42,117 bases of DNA from Synechococcus sp. (lineage in GTDB: Bacteria > Cyanobacteriota > Cyanobacteriia > Thermostichales > PCC-7336): the NCBI GenBank assembly GCA_051439605.1, contig JBFRWN010000088.1, forward strand, positions 1 to 42,117, read 5' to 3'. How positions within the stretch are numbered: the first letter of the stretch is position 1; each line of letters opens with the position of its first letter. Of the stretch, positions 7,577 to 17,557 are shown one piece after another. The position numbers and the translations under genes are program-made. The notes below the pieces were generated by a model. The model was not told the DNA's origin and made no database searches. It saw only the letters and a program-made list of their open reading frames with translations.

Positions 7577-8329
7577 CTACTCCTCCAGCAACTTGCGAGC
7601 GGTTTCGAGGGGAATACCAAACCGAGCCTGCCAGCTGTCAGGGGTCATCGGTTCGTCGTCTTCGGTGGTGAATCCTAGCACCTGCCATTCTTCCTCTACC
7701 TTTTGACCGACCATCTTGCCGCTGCGGTCGAACAAGACCCAACGGGCGATCGCGTAATTATCAACTAGCCGAACTGAATTGACGTATTTCCGCTGGGGAT
7801 CGCTGGCAAGAAATGCCGCAATCGCCTCATCAATATTGGGATCTGTCGCATCTAATGTGTAGTGGGGATCGACTGCGATCCCCAGCTCCTCAAACACTAA
7901 AAGCTCTTCTTCTGAATAAACGTTGTAGATCTCAAACCCACCCGCTCCCTCGTTGAGAGCATTCTCAAAAATCTCTTTCCCTCCGGCTTCCTCAATTGCT
8001 AATTGGTAATTCTCCAACAGGAGCTCTTTGGCCACTTGCTGGGGCATCGCATCGTGAAGCGGAGTTTCGCCATCATCTGCAGCAATTAAAACTTGGCAAT
8101 CCGCCTCGGTACCCGCTGAAATTGCCATCATAATATAGCCTTGTGGCGAATCGGCTCCCAGATAGTAGTAATTAAGTTCGTTCAGGGAAGCCTCACCCCG
8201 AACTTGCACATTCTCCGCTCCCTCTGGAAGACAGGGATGAACTCTATTCAACGGATTTGCGTTGACTTGCTGAGAAACCGATAGGGCGATCGCCATCGAC
8301 AACAAGGAGATGAATTTGCAAGATGACAT
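7577..8329 (-). CDS. Acidic secreted hypothetical protein
   Basis: Signal-peptide-like N-terminus (LLSMAIALSVSQQVNA), Glu/Asp-rich, tightly packed in the operon. Confidence 0.65.
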   Translation of the reverse strand: MSSCKFISLLSMAIALSVSQQVNANPLNRVHPCLPEGAENVQVRGEASLNELNYYYLGADSPQGYIMMAISAGTEADCQVLIAADDGETPLHDAMPQQVAKELLLENYQLAIEEAGGKEIFENALNEGAGGFEIYNVYSEEELLVFEELGIAVDPHYTLDATDPNIDEAIAAFLASDPQRKYVNSVRLVDNYAIARWVLFDRSGKMVGQKVEEEWQVLGFTTEDDEPMTPDSWQARFGIPLETARKLLEE

Positions 8330-8338
8330 AGCCTGCTC

Positions 8339-9745
8339 CTAAAAATCGATAAATTCTCTGGGATTTCTGGGCTCGCCGTATACAAAGGTTTCGAAGTGGA
8401 GGTGAGGCCCGGTAGAGCGTCCGGTATTGCCCGAACGCCCGATGGTTTCTCCCTGACTGACCTTCTGGTTTACCACTACACCAATCCGATCTAAATGACC
8501 GTATCCAGTGGTGAGACCGTTCCCGTGGCGAATGGAAACATACAGTCCGTATCCATCCACGGGTCCAGCAATAAACACCACTCCATCGCAAGCGGCCTGA
8601 ATCGAAGTTCCTGAAGGAGTCGCGATGTCGATGCCCTGGTGATAGCTGCGCCTTCGCTTGGTCACCGGATGTACCCTCCAGCCAAACTCAGAAGACACCG
8701 GATGCCCTGGAGCCGGATTGACCAAATCCCCCTCGCAAACCACCACTTCGGGAGTCGGGGTCGCAGTCGGCTGCGGTGAAGGAACCGGCTCCGGATTGGG
8801 CTGAAGCGGAGGCGGCACCGCAGGCGGAGCCGGAGGGTTGGGACTCGACGCTCCCTCCGTCATCCCGATCAATATCCAATCCCCCTCCCGATAGCCAAAC
8901 CAAGGAAACGGCCCGATGAAATAAGGTGAGCAGGAATCGATAAACATCGTCTTGATGCAAACCCGAAAGTAAATCCCAAACTGCGCCGAACTCCCCTGCT
9001 CGCTCACCTCCAACAGCACCACCTTGAAATCGTCCGTAATCGGATGCCTGCCCGTCGGCTCCACCCCGCCGTTCAGCTCCCCCAACGGCCAGCCGTACCC
9101 TCCTTCCACCTCCTGCTCCCCCCAGATCCAGCGCTTGCCATGCACGACCGGCTGAGTGGAAAACTCGATATGGGCACACCCCATCTGCGCGCAGGGAACG
9201 CTATACCCCTCTCGGTCGCTGCCGGAAATCGTGTTGCCTAAATATCCCTCCCGTTCCCCCAACGGCAGGTCGAACTTGCCCCACACGCCAAAATTGAGCA
9301 GGTCAAAAACCCGCTCCACCACCTCCACCTCCAACCGGTCCAAAGACTGCGAAATTAGGTCCGCCACCCCCTGCCGCCACACCTCCACGTCGGCCGCAGC
9401 CAAAGGATTCTCCCGCGTCACCACATCCCCAAACACCTTCACCACCCGAGAGGCCGCGTAGTCCAACAGGTATTCATCCCGCACTTGCTTCAACAACCGG
9501 TTGGTTAGCCCGTAATCCAGCTCCTGATCCTCCAACTGCCGGAAGACCTCCAGCGCTGACTCGATCTCTTCAGGCGTAAACCCCGCCGACTCGAACAGCA
9601 GCATCAGCGCTTCGAAATCCAATCCCTCGCACGCCCCCCTACCGGCGATCGCCGGCGAGCAGTTCTGAGCGCCGGCAACCTGCGGCATTCCCACCGCCCC
9701 GGCGATCGCGGCGGCAGCCAGCAGTCCCGGTAACCGGCCGTTCAC
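8339..9745 (-). CDS. M23 family metallopeptidase of the conjugation operon
   Basis: C-terminal SSEFGWRVHPV...HQGIDIA...YGHL...GNTGRSTGPHLHFE. Also a signal peptide, a CSPYFIGPFPW region and a Pro-rich linker. Confidence 0.9.
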   Translation of the reverse strand: MNGRLPGLLAAAAIAGAVGMPQVAGAQNCSPAIAGRGACEGLDFEALMLLFESAGFTPEEIESALEVFRQLEDQELDYGLTNRLLKQVRDEYLLDYAASRVVKVFGDVVTRENPLAAADVEVWRQGVADLISQSLDRLEVEVVERVFDLLNFGVWGKFDLPLGEREGYLGNTISGSDREGYSVPCAQMGCAHIEFSTQPVVHGKRWIWGEQEVEGGYGWPLGELNGGVEPTGRHPITDDFKVVLLEVSEQGSSAQFGIYFRVCIKTMFIDSCSPYFIGPFPWFGYREGDWILIGMTEGASSPNPPAPPAVPPPLQPNPEPVPSPQPTATPTPEVVVCEGDLVNPAPGHPVSSEFGWRVHPVTKRRRSYHQGIDIATPSGTSIQAACDGVVFIAGPVDGYGLYVSIRHGNGLTTGYGHLDRIGVVVNQKVSQGETIGRSGNTGRSTGPHLHFETFVYGEPRNPREFIDF

Positions 9746-10443
9746 GACTCCCTCGCCACTCCTTGCCGGTAGTCGTCGTAGCCCTTCTGGGCCAAATCCC
9801 TGATGAGCGATACGGACACTCCAGATTGCTCCGCCGCCGGAAGAACCCGCTCGCCGTTTTCCACCAGCGCCAAAAAGTTCTTCACCCGCTGCCGCAAGGG
9901 ACTGTCGTAGGGCATCGACCCATCTCTAGCCGCCACCTCCAACCCCAGCGTCACGTAGCCCACCCGCACTCGCCGGCGATCCGCCAGCTCGATCGTCGGC
10001 AACCCCTCCGTATCGGGATAGATGGACCAGACCGCGCAGTCGGATCCGTTGGGTCGGTACACCAGTTCAAACGGATAGGTCTTGCGGTTGCCGGAGCCAT
10101 CTTGGGTGAGCACCATCACCTGAGTGGTGGGTCCCTGCGGCAGGTGGGGAATCGTTACCCCCGTCACCGGTCGCAGGAACATCGTCGTGGCGTAGCCCGA
10201 ATTAATATCCCCGTCGAAATTCACCGACACCTTGTCGGGATTGCTCACCTCAACATGGCGCACCGTCTCCCCCGCCGGATTGAAATCGATGGCAGTTACT
10301 CCGGGCCGGACGTAAATCTGCTGGTTCCGCTTCAACGCCGCAGTGCTAAACATCGAGCAGACCGCCGACTCCGCTTTTACTTTTGAAGGAGAGACAGTCA
10401 ACAGCCCAAACGCCACCACCGCAAAACTCAAAATGCGTTTCAT
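9742..10443 (-). CDS. T4SS outer-core component, VirB9-like (cyanobacterial type)
   Basis: Start MKRILSF at 10443 overlaps the upstream stop (ATGA). Signal peptide and beta-rich domain (GVTAIDF...GETV). Assigned mainly by position after virB10. Confidence 0.55.
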   Translation of the reverse strand: MKRILSFAVVAFGLLTVSPSKVKAESAVCSMFSTAALKRNQQIYVRPGVTAIDFNPAGETVRHVEVSNPDKVSVNFDGDINSGYATTMFLRPVTGVTIPHLPQGPTTQVMVLTQDGSGNRKTYPFELVYRPNGSDCAVWSIYPDTEGLPTIELADRRRVRVGYVTLGLEVAARDGSMPYDSPLRQRVKNFLALVENGERVLPAAEQSGVSVSLIRDLAQKGYDDYRQGVARES

Positions 10444-11789
10444 AACCGAATCTCCCGATTGACCGCTACCGTTACCGGCTGTCCTGCCTGCACCACCCAC
10501 AACCGCTCGCGGTCCATCGCTTCGTCAATCGACCGCTGCGTGCGCTGCTGCATCCCCGGAATCACCGCATCCGCCCCGCCGGCGAGCACGCCGCCGAGGA
10601 TATTCGTGCTGTCGTTCGTCACCTGGCTGAACGTCGATCCTCCAAATCCGGAGACTGTGGAAGAGGAGGTCACGGAAGAGGGTCGGTTGAGCAAGCGTCC
10701 CACCTCGCCCAAGGCCCCCAACGCGAACAGTCCCGCTTCCTGCGAAGCAATATCCGGCCCCGCATCCAATCGCGGGTCCCCCTGCGCCAGCAGCGGCTGC
10801 CCCCCTTCGCCGCGTACGGAAAGAACGCCGGCAGGTAGCGGAATCTCCTGCCTACTGTCGACGTTCAACACCAGCGCCACGCCGCTCATGCGCACGTAAC
10901 CGTTGGGGTCGATACCGTCCACCTGCACCACCACCTCGCTGCCGGTAGGCACCGCCGGCATGCCGCGGGTATCGTGCAGCGGACTATCCAGGCGAATTAC
11001 AAACCGTTCTGCGGACCCTTCCGAACTGGAGGGACTCCACACCACCGGCGCAGCAATCTGCCCCTCCGCCATGGTTCCGGAAGCAATCGCGCGGGCGCGG
11101 GTGCCCTGGAAGTAGGCCCGCTCCAATCCCAAGTCAATCTGCAAGTCGGACTCGGGGAGAGCGTTGGGGTCGGAGGTCACCTGTGCCTTCAGCCAGTGCT
11201 GGGATTCTGTCGTCGGAGACAGCGACGTCGCCGTTAGGTCGCCGGCGATCGCCGCTTGGGTACTGGCGGTGAGGAAGGGCGGTTCGGAAATCTGGCCGTA
11301 ACTGCCCATTGCCGTCACCTGCTGCAACACCTGCATCGGGTCGGGAGTGGGCGCCGGACGGGGTGCCGGTTGCCGGACGGCGATCGCCGGCGAGGGTGCC
11401 GGCGGGTCTTCTTCCACCTCCTCCGGTTCTTCCGGCAGCGGTTCGATCGCCCCCAGCCGCCGGTCCTGTTCGGACACCGCTAGGCGGGTCATATTGCCGG
11501 TGGATTCTGCCGGCGGGGTTGCCGGCGGATCTAGCTGGATGACTTCGCTCGGTTCCTCCGTCACCTCCCGCTCTGCTCGCATTTCCGGCGGATCGCCGGT
11601 GAGCAGTTTGTACGTCCCGAAGGCAGCTGCCGTGCCGCCGAAACAAATCGCCGCCACGATCGCCGCCTTGAGATAGGGACTTTTGGGCTCGGCGGTGGCC
11701 ACCGGCAGGTACTGCTCCACATCGTCCCGTTCCGACATCCGCCGGTTGTCCCGCAGCTCGTATCCGAGCAAATCGTTGAAATCGGTCAT
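10440..11789 (-). CDS. virB10: TrbI/VirB10 family protein
   Basis: N-terminal TM, Pro/Glu-rich linker, and a C-terminal beta domain (IASGT...FVIRLDSPL...VPTGSEVV...NILGGVLAGG...WVVQAGQPVTVAVN). Confidence 0.8.
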   Translation of the reverse strand: MTDFNDLLGYELRDNRRMSERDDVEQYLPVATAEPKSPYLKAAIVAAICFGGTAAAFGTYKLLTGDPPEMRAEREVTEEPSEVIQLDPPATPPAESTGNMTRLAVSEQDRRLGAIEPLPEEPEEVEEDPPAPSPAIAVRQPAPRPAPTPDPMQVLQQVTAMGSYGQISEPPFLTASTQAAIAGDLTATSLSPTTESQHWLKAQVTSDPNALPESDLQIDLGLERAYFQGTRARAIASGTMAEGQIAAPVVWSPSSSEGSAERFVIRLDSPLHDTRGMPAVPTGSEVVVQVDGIDPNGYVRMSGVALVLNVDSRQEIPLPAGVLSVRGEGGQPLLAQGDPRLDAGPDIASQEAGLFALGALGEVGRLLNRPSSVTSSSTVSGFGGSTFSQVTNDSTNILGGVLAGGADAVIPGMQQRTQRSIDEAMDRERLWVVQAGQPVTVAVNREIRL

Positions 11790-12529
11790 TCCGGATCCTC
11801 CAAACGCAACGCATCGATGGCGTAAATCTCCATTCCCCCACCGCGGTAGCCCTCCAGCGCCAATCCCGTCGCCGTCGGAACACCGACATGCCGGTAGGGC
11901 TCCACCGCCCGTACCCAGACGCTCTTGTTAAAGACCGCTCGGTTCGTTTCGATGCCTTTCTGGGTCACCACCCGCGTCGCCACCACATCCACCCGCCAGC
12001 GCCCCTCGTCAACCGCCTCGGGCTCCGACAGATACGAAATCTCCAGCCGCACTTCCGTTTGCGCCTCGGGCTCGAACACCTGTGGCGGCGTCGTTTCGGC
12101 GATCGCCGCCAGCAGGTCGGTGCGGGTGAAATCCGCCGACAGGGCGTGACTGGCCGCCCAAGCGGACGTCGCCACCGGCGATCCGTCCACTTCGAACTGG
12201 CGGTCCGCCGCCTCCCCGCCGGTACCGTCCGGTACCGTGCCGGTGGCGGAAAACAATCCCGACATAGCGCGGTAGACAAAATTCTTCACGGCCGCCGGCG
12301 TTCTCTCCTGGCTGCCGATTGCTCCCACCGCCATGGAGGTGCCGTCCGCCAGCTGCACCAGCGTGGGGGCGGGCTTCTTAAACAGCTGGTAGGTAAACAG
12401 GGCCTGCACCAGCTGCAGCAGTACCGCTACGCTCACCAGCCCGAACACAAGAGTGACGTTCGTTGCCGGCAGTGCCGGCGAGTTGGTCGCCACCACCTTG
12501 ATGGCCCGACCGTTGGTTTTTGCTTTCAT
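11786..12529 (-). CDS. VirB8-like T4SS inner-membrane protein
   Basis: ATG 12529 overlaps the upstream stop. Single TM, then PTLVQLADG...ERTPAAVKNFV...SEPEAVDEGRWRVDVVA...FNKSVWVRAV, a pattern seen in cyanobacterial conjugation operons. Confidence 0.6.
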   Translation of the reverse strand: MKAKTNGRAIKVVATNSPALPATNVTLVFGLVSVAVLLQLVQALFTYQLFKKPAPTLVQLADGTSMAVGAIGSQERTPAAVKNFVYRAMSGLFSATGTVPDGTGGEAADRQFEVDGSPVATSAWAASHALSADFTRTDLLAAIAETTPPQVFEPEAQTEVRLEISYLSEPEAVDEGRWRVDVVATRVVTQKGIETNRAVFNKSVWVRAVEPYRHVGVPTATGLALEGYRGGGMEIYAIDALRLEDPE

Positions 12530-13605
12530 CCCACGACCCTCGAACTCAACTTGGCCCCCAACAGCAGCAGACCGGAATAAATCGCCCATCCCCCGCCGGC
12601 GGACATCGCCAGCGCCAGGATGGGAGCCGCCACCGAAATCACCAAGGCTCCCAACAGCGGATTGCTGGAGGGAGTCAGCAGGATGAGATAGGCCGCGATG
12701 CCGGAGACGATATTGAAGGCAATCTTCCCCAGCCCCACCGACCCCAGCGCCGTCAGCCAGCCCATCACCGGCTTAGTGGCTTGGGGCAGCAGCGACAGCC
12801 CCAAAAACAGCGGTCCCAATACAGCGGTGAGCAGCAGGGAAATCTCCAGCAGCCATTCCACCGCCCCCGCCCAGGCATAGAGCACGCCGATAATCACGGC
12901 GGTGACGGCAGGGCGAATCACGCTGCCCATGCCGCGAAACAAGCTGCTCCAAAATCCCGCCGACCCGTACACCTCCCGGCGGGCTTCGTCGATGTTGGTC
13001 ACCAGCCGGTTGTACAGATCGGTGGCCCAGTTCCCCACCACGCGGTTGTAGTAGGGACCCAGCAGGCGATCGAGGCGCTCCCTGACGTTCAGCAGGCAAT
13101 CGTTGCGGATGCTCTCCTCCTGCATCAGGGCACATTCCCGCAATCCGTCGTTCGTCAGGATCTGCGCTTGGGATTTGAGGCTGGCCTCGTCCACAATGCC
13201 GCTGGCCTGCTCCAACGTCAGATCGTCGTTCAGGGCGGTGAGCAGGTAGGTGCTGGAATTGTTGATCAGCTGGCGCACGTCCAGGGTGTAGTCGGCGATG
13301 CGGGGGGTACCGTCAACGGAGGACAGCAGGATTAGCAGGACAACTGCCCAGATCAGGTCCGGCACCCAGCGGGTACTCAGTCCCACCACGCCGTCATCCG
13401 CCGTCTCGATCAGCACCACCTTGAACAGCGTCCAGCCGGCGAACACCAGCGCAAACGCCACCCCCAGATCGGCGATGGCGTCGTAGAGGCTGCCGGTGAG
13501 GATGGACTCCCACAACCCGTTGAAACTCTCCCGCACGAACAGGACGTTATCGCGGGAGTTGTCCAGAATGCCCTGGCTGGCGGTTTGGGCGAGGAGGAGT
13601 CTCAC
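12526..13605 (-). CDS. VirB6-like polytopic membrane protein
   Basis: Several TM helices; LLEISLLLTAVLGPLFLGLSLLP and APILALAMSAGGG motifs; position in the operon. Confidence 0.65.
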   Translation of the reverse strand: MRLLLAQTASQGILDNSRDNVLFVRESFNGLWESILTGSLYDAIADLGVAFALVFAGWTLFKVVLIETADDGVVGLSTRWVPDLIWAVVLLILLSSVDGTPRIADYTLDVRQLINNSSTYLLTALNDDLTLEQASGIVDEASLKSQAQILTNDGLRECALMQEESIRNDCLLNVRERLDRLLGPYYNRVVGNWATDLYNRLVTNIDEARREVYGSAGFWSSLFRGMGSVIRPAVTAVIIGVLYAWAGAVEWLLEISLLLTAVLGPLFLGLSLLPQATKPVMGWLTALGSVGLGKIAFNIVSGIAAYLILLTPSSNPLLGALVISVAAPILALAMSAGGGWAIYSGLLLLGAKLSSRVVG

Positions 13606-14540
13606 TGCAAGTTCTCCCGCGCGAAACCGATATTGCCGCTCAGCTCGATCGCCCCGATGGCATCCGCCTGCATCTGCAGGTGCGGATGCAAATTCTCCCG
13701 TTCCGATTGCCGGGATTGCTCCAGCGCCATGTGGGCCGTCAGCCCGCGATCGAGTTTGGCTTCCAAGGCCAGCTGCCCCAGGTAGGCTTGGGTTTCCACC
13801 AGGGAGGCGCTGTTGTAGAAGACGGCGTAATCCAGCAACGCCGTTTGGTTGCTCAGGGTTTGCAGCAGGGAGGCAATCTGGGCGTTCTGCTGCCCCAGAG
13901 CGGGATAGGCCAAAGCCATGTCTTTAAGCACGTCTTGGGTGGCGCTGCGACTGCGGGCACTGCTGGCGACATCTTCGAGTCGAGCCACCGGCGCGGTCAG
14001 GTCCAGCTGAAAGGTGGATTCCGTCAGCCGGTAGGAGTCTTCGGCAGTTTGTTGGGCATAGGCCAGGGTTTCTGCTAAAAACGTCAGGTGTTCCTGCCGC
14101 TGTTCCATCAGCGCCTGCTGCTCTTCCAGGGAAATGGGGAAATTCACCGTTCGCTCCAGCAACGCGTGCAGAGCGTACTCTCCCCCCAACAGCGACATCA
14201 CGGTGGGGTTGCTGGCCAGATCGTCGGCATCGAACTGTCCGGTAGCCCCCTCTCTAGCCAAAGTTCTGGCAACTGAAAGATCTGGATAGCCGAGGTCGCC
14301 GACGGCGTCGGCGAGATTCGACGATGCCGTTGGCGACCCCCCGCCAAACATGTCCTCCCAGACGTCCCGTCCGGCCCAATCGATATCCCGCAGTACCTCC
14401 GTCGCGGCATCCTGCAAGATCTCCACCGCCACCTCAAACGTGAGATTGCTGGATTGGGCGATCGCGGCACTAGGCCACAGAAGAAGGGGCATCCACCACA
14501 GCCAGCGCAGGGGTTTGCGGTTGAGGGTCGGTAAAGGCAT
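13602..14540 (-). CDS. Secreted helical T4SS-associated protein (possibly VirB5-like)
   Basis: Signal peptide (LLLWPSAAIAQ), Gln-rich helices and an SATQDVLKDMA motif. Start uncertain (14573 or 14540). Confidence 0.5.
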   Translation of the reverse strand: MPLPTLNRKPLRWLWWMPLLLWPSAAIAQSSNLTFEVAVEILQDAATEVLRDIDWAGRDVWEDMFGGGSPTASSNLADAVGDLGYPDLSVARTLAREGATGQFDADDLASNPTVMSLLGGEYALHALLERTVNFPISLEEQQALMEQRQEHLTFLAETLAYAQQTAEDSYRLTESTFQLDLTAPVARLEDVASSARSRSATQDVLKDMALAYPALGQQNAQIASLLQTLSNQTALLDYAVFYNSASLVETQAYLGQLALEAKLDRGLTAHMALEQSRQSERENLHPHLQMQADAIGAIELSGNIGFARENLQ

Positions 14541-17500
14541 CGTCCGATTGCAGGTAACGACTGAAGGCGGCAATCGCCTCGAATTTGTTGGGGGTTTGCT
14601 GCAGAAATTGCTTCCGTTTGGCGGCTTCTTTCGGGTTGTTGGCCACTAACGCTAATTCGGCAGGCGGGGCGTAGTAGCGGCAGTGGATCAGCTCGCCGTC
14701 GCAGTCCAGCAACCAGCGGCGGAAGGGAACGCCGTCGGGGTCGAACGACGGACTGGCGTTTTGTCCCACAATCTCCGGCGGATATTTGAGAATCCGTTCG
14801 TAGGAGTCCACCCCCTGAGCAGCGATCTTTCCGGTGAGGCGCACGGAAAGGTTTTGAAAAATTTGCGCCCCCACCTCGCTATTGGCGATCGTGTCCGGAT
14901 CCTGAGCCGCCAGGATGACTCGAATCCCGGCTTTACGACCGTTGGCGGTAAGGCGGGCAACGAATTTGGGGATGGCGGGGAATTGGAACAGAATGGGAGA
15001 TTCGTCGATAAACCAGATGGAAGCCGGGTGGTGCAGGGAGGCTCGCAGCGCGGCCGAATAAGCGGTTAGGGCCAGGACGGCGGCATCGACAGAGTCGTCC
15101 ACGTTCGTCAGGGCGTAGACCGTCAAACCGGACGCCGAACTCAGCGTGCTGGGACGGGAGATGGCCTGACCGAGGGTGGAATCCAGACAGGACTTCAGTT
15201 TGAGTTCGATCAGGGCCAGGGCATCGTCCACGCCGGCAGAGGACTGCAAAGCGAGATGCTCGTAGCTGAAGAACGGCAGCAAGTCCCGCAAGGTGGGCAT
15301 CTGCTGCCAGTCGGCACCGTCCATCCCGGCTTTGCGGGCGGCAGCGGCTCTCGCTTGGATGTCGGGGTCGTTCAGGTAGGCGCTCAACCCCAGCTGGAAG
15401 ACAGCTCGACAGCGATCGGCGAGCAGGGCATCGAAGGAGCGATCGCAGACCAGGGTCATGAGAACCGACGTCAGCAGGTCGCGGTAGAGGGCGACTTTGC
15501 GGTTGCGGTCGTCGGGGGACAGGTCGGCAAACGAAGACAGATCGAGGGGTTCGAAGGCGTTGATGGACTCTTTGGCGATATCGAAATAGGCTCCCCCCAC
15601 GAATTGGGTGTAGTCCCCAAACGTGGAATCCCCATCGCTGCGGGGATAGTCCATCACGAAGACGGGGAAGTGGTGGGCTCTCGCTAATGTCAGCGTGCGG
15701 GCCAGCAGGACGGATTTGCCGGAGCCGGTGGTGCCCAATACGAGCAGGTGGCGGTGGCGCTCGAACAGGTCCACGTAGATGGGAGTGCCGCCATCTTCGG
15801 CAATTAATTCAAATCCGTTGCGATCGCTGGTGCGGGGCAGGGTGAGGGGAACTAAGCCAGGGGCTTCCTGGGAAGTGAACACCAAGCGGCGGTCGAAGGG
15901 TTTGTGTAAGAGCTTCCTCCAGCTGACGGGCAGGGTTTGCCGCCAGATCTCGAAGGCGTAGGCGGTTTCGCGGCTCAGTTTCGCCGGTTGCCGCACCAGC
16001 TGTTCCAATCGCTTGCAGGCCCGGTCGAGGGCGGCCGGACTGGAGCGTTCCACCAGAACGACCAGGGCCACCCGCACGGGCATTTCCCCTTCGATCAGCC
16101 GCCGGGTGGCTTCTTCCGCCCGTTCGGTTTTGACATCCGCTTTCACGTCCTTGCGATCGCGCTTGCGGGCGTAGGTGGAGAGTTGGTTGGAGCGACGTAA
16201 ATATTCTTCGGCCGTGGCGGCGATTAGCTGGGGGTTGGCGGGGGACAGTTCGCAGATCAGTTCGGTATCCGCCACCTCCTCCCGAAATAAGAGTTCCGCC
16301 CCCGCCTTTAGCTGGTTGAGGGTTTTCCAACCAGCGGGTTTGGCGGTTTGGACGAGGGCTCCGATATAGGTCGCGCTGCCTTCCCTCGACAGTTTCACCC
16401 AGTCTCTGCAGGCTTCGGGGATGCCGTCATCCAGCAGAGCCGTCACCGGGTGTTTGCCGTTGAGCCAGTCCGCCTGTTCCAGATGGAGGACGACTTCGCG
16501 GTCTCGTTCCTCCACCACCAGCAGTTGGGGGAGAGCGATCGCCGTAGCACCGAAGCGATGGCACAGGTGCTCCCACAGCTGTTCTTCGTTGGCGGGACTA
16601 ACGGTCAGGCCCAACTTGGCACTCAAAAAATGTTCCCACCCCAGCAGGCCGTCTTCAAAGGCTTCCGTCAGGATGGAGGCAAGTCGGCGTAATTGCGCGG
16701 TCTCCCCTTCTCCATTCCCCCAGCAGTTGAGGCGGTTTAAGGTGGCCAGCAGCTTGTCCGTCCAGTCCTCCCGCTTGCTGGTGGTGCCCGCTTCGACGGT
16801 GTAGCTGGCGTACAGCCGCAGGAACTTGGGCTTGCGCTGGCCGTCGTCCGCTAGCTGCTGGACGGAGGCTTTTTCGGAGGTAAGCAAAAACGCCAGTTCG
16901 GGAGGGGCGTCTTGAATCAGGCGATCGAGCTGGGCGATGCGATCGCGGTAGTCGGAGAAGGAGCCCATGTGGACCGTCAGGGTTTCGCCTCCGGGCAGAT
17001 CTCGCAGGCCGTTGGAAAGTTTTTCCAGAGCCAGGTGAATCTCTCGGTGGCTGAGAGCGCTGGAGAGACCGAGGCAGTCGAATTCGAACACGACTTTGTA
17101 ACTGGAGGTGCCGCGGTTGAGGATGGTGCAGCCCACTCGGCGGTCTCTTAACCGCAGGCTGGCCACAAACAAGAGATCGACGGCATCTTGAAACGGTTTG
17201 ACGGTCTTGCGCTTGCGCGGGTCTTTGACCGGCTGGGTGCCGAGTTGTTGCTTGAGCGGATCGGTCACGCTCACCTCCAGGTTGGCGTTACACCAGATGG
17301 GTAAGGGAACAAAGACGTGGCCCCAGAATTTCCAGGGCTCCCGGCCGGACATGGCCCAATGCCAGAGGGCGGAGGCCAGGAAAGAGACGGCAAACAGTTC
17401 CCACGAACTCAAAATCATCTGGAACAGGAGCAGGTTGCCGACGGCGATGGAGCCCCACGGGAGGATCAAATCGCCGGGGATGGGGCCGATGTTGGGGCGC

Positions 17501-17544
17501 TTTCCCAGAACGGGACTGACGCGAATGTATTCGGGTTCTTGCAT
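14470..17544 (-). CDS. virB4: VirB4 ATPase with a fused N-terminal VirB3-like membrane segment
   Basis: Walker A GTTGSGKS, Walker B WFIDE, ANGRKAGIRVILAAQ. The N-terminal part (RVSPVLGKRPNIGPIPGDLILPW plus two hydrophobic segments) is VirB3-like. Confidence 0.9.
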   Translation of the reverse strand: MQEPEYIRVSPVLGKRPNIGPIPGDLILPWGSIAVGNLLLFQMILSSWELFAVSFLASALWHWAMSGREPWKFWGHVFVPLPIWCNANLEVSVTDPLKQQLGTQPVKDPRKRKTVKPFQDAVDLLFVASLRLRDRRVGCTILNRGTSSYKVVFEFDCLGLSSALSHREIHLALEKLSNGLRDLPGGETLTVHMGSFSDYRDRIAQLDRLIQDAPPELAFLLTSEKASVQQLADDGQRKPKFLRLYASYTVEAGTTSKREDWTDKLLATLNRLNCWGNGEGETAQLRRLASILTEAFEDGLLGWEHFLSAKLGLTVSPANEEQLWEHLCHRFGATAIALPQLLVVEERDREVVLHLEQADWLNGKHPVTALLDDGIPEACRDWVKLSREGSATYIGALVQTAKPAGWKTLNQLKAGAELLFREEVADTELICELSPANPQLIAATAEEYLRRSNQLSTYARKRDRKDVKADVKTERAEEATRRLIEGEMPVRVALVVLVERSSPAALDRACKRLEQLVRQPAKLSRETAYAFEIWRQTLPVSWRKLLHKPFDRRLVFTSQEAPGLVPLTLPRTSDRNGFELIAEDGGTPIYVDLFERHRHLLVLGTTGSGKSVLLARTLTLARAHHFPVFVMDYPRSDGDSTFGDYTQFVGGAYFDIAKESINAFEPLDLSSFADLSPDDRNRKVALYRDLLTSVLMTLVCDRSFDALLADRCRAVFQLGLSAYLNDPDIQARAAAARKAGMDGADWQQMPTLRDLLPFFSYEHLALQSSAGVDDALALIELKLKSCLDSTLGQAISRPSTLSSASGLTVYALTNVDDSVDAAVLALTAYSAALRASLHHPASIWFIDESPILFQFPAIPKFVARLTANGRKAGIRVILAAQDPDTIANSEVGAQIFQNLSVRLTGKIAAQGVDSYERILKYPPEIVGQNASPSFDPDGVPFRRWLLDCDGELIHCRYYAPPAELALVANNPKEAAKRKQFLQQTPNKFEAIAAFSRYLQSDDAFTDPQPQTPALAVVDAPSSVA

Positions 17545-17557
17545 GTTTCACCTGGAT

